From Solobacterium sp. (GTDB lineage Bacteria > Bacillota_I > Bacilli_A > Erysipelotrichales > Erysipelotrichaceae): 64,000 nucleotides of DNA. Location of the stretch: the NCBI GenBank assembly GCA_017539385.1, contig JAFYHC010000016.1:1779-65778 (forward strand), given 5' to 3'. The notes under the pieces were generated by a model. That model was not told the origin of the DNA. It worked only from the letters and a program-made list of their open reading frames with translations, and searched no databases. Below, piece after piece: positions 62,977 to 64,000 of the stretch. Made by a program: the position numbers and the translations under genes. Within the stretch, counting starts at the first letter, position 1, and every line of letters starts with the position of its first letter.

Positions 62977-63902
62977 CACCTGGCAGAAAACTAACAATGG
63001 CCGCTGTGCTTCTGGGCATGCTGGTGATGACCGGCTGCGGGAAAAAAGTGGAAGTCACAATCACAGACGAAGAAGTAGACACAACGATCGAAACGAAAGT
63101 CCCCAATACGGTGAAAAAGATCCTGGAAGAAGCAGAGATCGTATTAAATGAGGAAGATGAGACCGAACCGGCACTGGATGAGAAACTGGAGGATGCCGGA
63201 AGGATCATCATCCACCGCATGCATCATGTATCGATCAGCGTAGACGGCAAAAAGACGGAAGCGAAGATGCTGGACGGCACGGTTGCAGACATCCTGAAGC
63301 AGGAAAACATCACGCTGGAAAAGAATATGATCATGAATGTGAAGAATGAAGACCGGCTGACCGAGGGCATGGAGATCGTAATCGAAAGCTCGTATGGCGT
63401 AACGGTCGTCCATGATGGCAAGGAGGAGTCCCTGGGGGCACGCAAGGGCACTGTGGCAGATTTCCTCAAGGCAGCTAATATCACGCTTGGTGCAGATGAT
63501 ATGATCGATCCTGCGGTGGATACAGAGATCACCGAAGGACTCAAGATCGTCATCCAGCGTGTCGTATACGAAGAAGTCACAGAGACGGTCGTCATCCCGT
63601 TCAACACTGTCCGTCAGAACGACAGCACGATGAATGCCGGCACGACATCCACAGTCGTCAACGGCGTCAATGGCGAAAAGAATGTCACATACCGGATCAA
63701 GAAGGTAGATGGCGTAGAAGCAGAGCGCGAAGTCCTGAAGGAAGAGGTCGTCAAGAACGCAGTCGATGCCGTTGTCAAAGTCGGTACAAAGCAGGCACGC
63801 TACGTTGTTTCGCGCATTGCATATCCCAACTGCGACGATGGAAGTCACGGCTATTATGAGATCCATTATTCCGACGGAACGGTCGAATACGAGGAATACT
63901 GA
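62973..63902 (+). CDS. Lipoprotein with 3x DUF348 (ubiquitin-like) domains and a G5 domain
   Basis: Lipobox MTGC; TV...L....I.L...D...P repeats; G5 IPF.T....D....G......G..G.K...VKVGTK. Confidence 0.85.
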   Translation: MTPGRKLTMAAVLLGMLVMTGCGKKVEVTITDEEVDTTIETKVPNTVKKILEEAEIVLNEEDETEPALDEKLEDAGRIIIHRMHHVSISVDGKKTEAKMLDGTVADILKQENITLEKNMIMNVKNEDRLTEGMEIVIESSYGVTVVHDGKEESLGARKGTVADFLKAANITLGADDMIDPAVDTEITEGLKIVIQRVVYEEVTETVVIPFNTVRQNDSTMNAGTTSTVVNGVNGEKNVTYRIKKVDGVEAEREVLKEEVVKNAVDAVVKVGTKQARYVVSRIAYPNCDDGSHGYYEIHYSDGTVEYEEY

Positions 63903-63923
63903 GCCCGAATTTGAAAGAATTTC

Positions 63924-63968
63924 AAAAAACCTGTCAGATGCATGAAAAAGTGTTTGACAGGCTTTTTT
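63924..63968 (+). terminator. Possible terminator overlapping the next promoter
   Basis: AAAAAACCTGTCA/TGACAGGCTTTTTT inverted repeat with a long loop. Confidence 0.45.
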
Positions 63969-63982
63969 ATTGACGTTAATAT
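63954..63982 (+). promoter_or_regulatory. Strong sigma-A promoter for a gene beyond the window
   Basis: TTGACA-N17-TAATAT. Confidence 0.7.
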
Positions 63983-64000
63983 AGTGGGGCTTAGCAAAAG

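Noticed and set aside
63991-64000. TTAGCAAAAG as a CIRCE half-site
   Set aside because: Only 6/9 match to TTAGCACTC and the second arm is outside the window; cannot be supported

Overview
Chromosomal window from an anaerobic Firmicute. It is probably Erysipelotrichaceae (inference from the shortened L11 N-terminus and gene order). Housekeeping blocks: a GlpP-regulated glycerol operon plus pgsA; the T-box-cysS-mrnC-rlmB-sigH-rpmG-secE-nusG and rplK-rplA cluster; and a pur operon (purE-M-N-IMP cyclohydrolase-purH(AICAR-T only)-D-L). Accessory genes include MATE/ABC transporters, GNATs, a GH1 enzyme, an IS3-family remnant and deletion scars. No rRNA, tRNA, CRISPR array or prophage was seen. The most unusual elements are: (1) an ECF sigma factor coupled to an anti-sigma-like membrane protein whose outer domain is a serpin, with a candidate autoregulatory ECF promoter; (2) a TIR-TM-beta-propeller receptor-like protein; (3) an XRE-HTH-TM-RCC1 propeller-FN3 protein coupled to a stand-alone GYF domain; (4) a divergent WYL/HIRAN pair with a palindromic operator; (5) duplicated DUF4214-transglutaminase proteins next to an MBOAT/AlgJ-like O-acylation operon; and (6) an attenuator-like pur leader that I cannot match to a known riboswitch. 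All calls come from motif recognition by eye; no searches were run.
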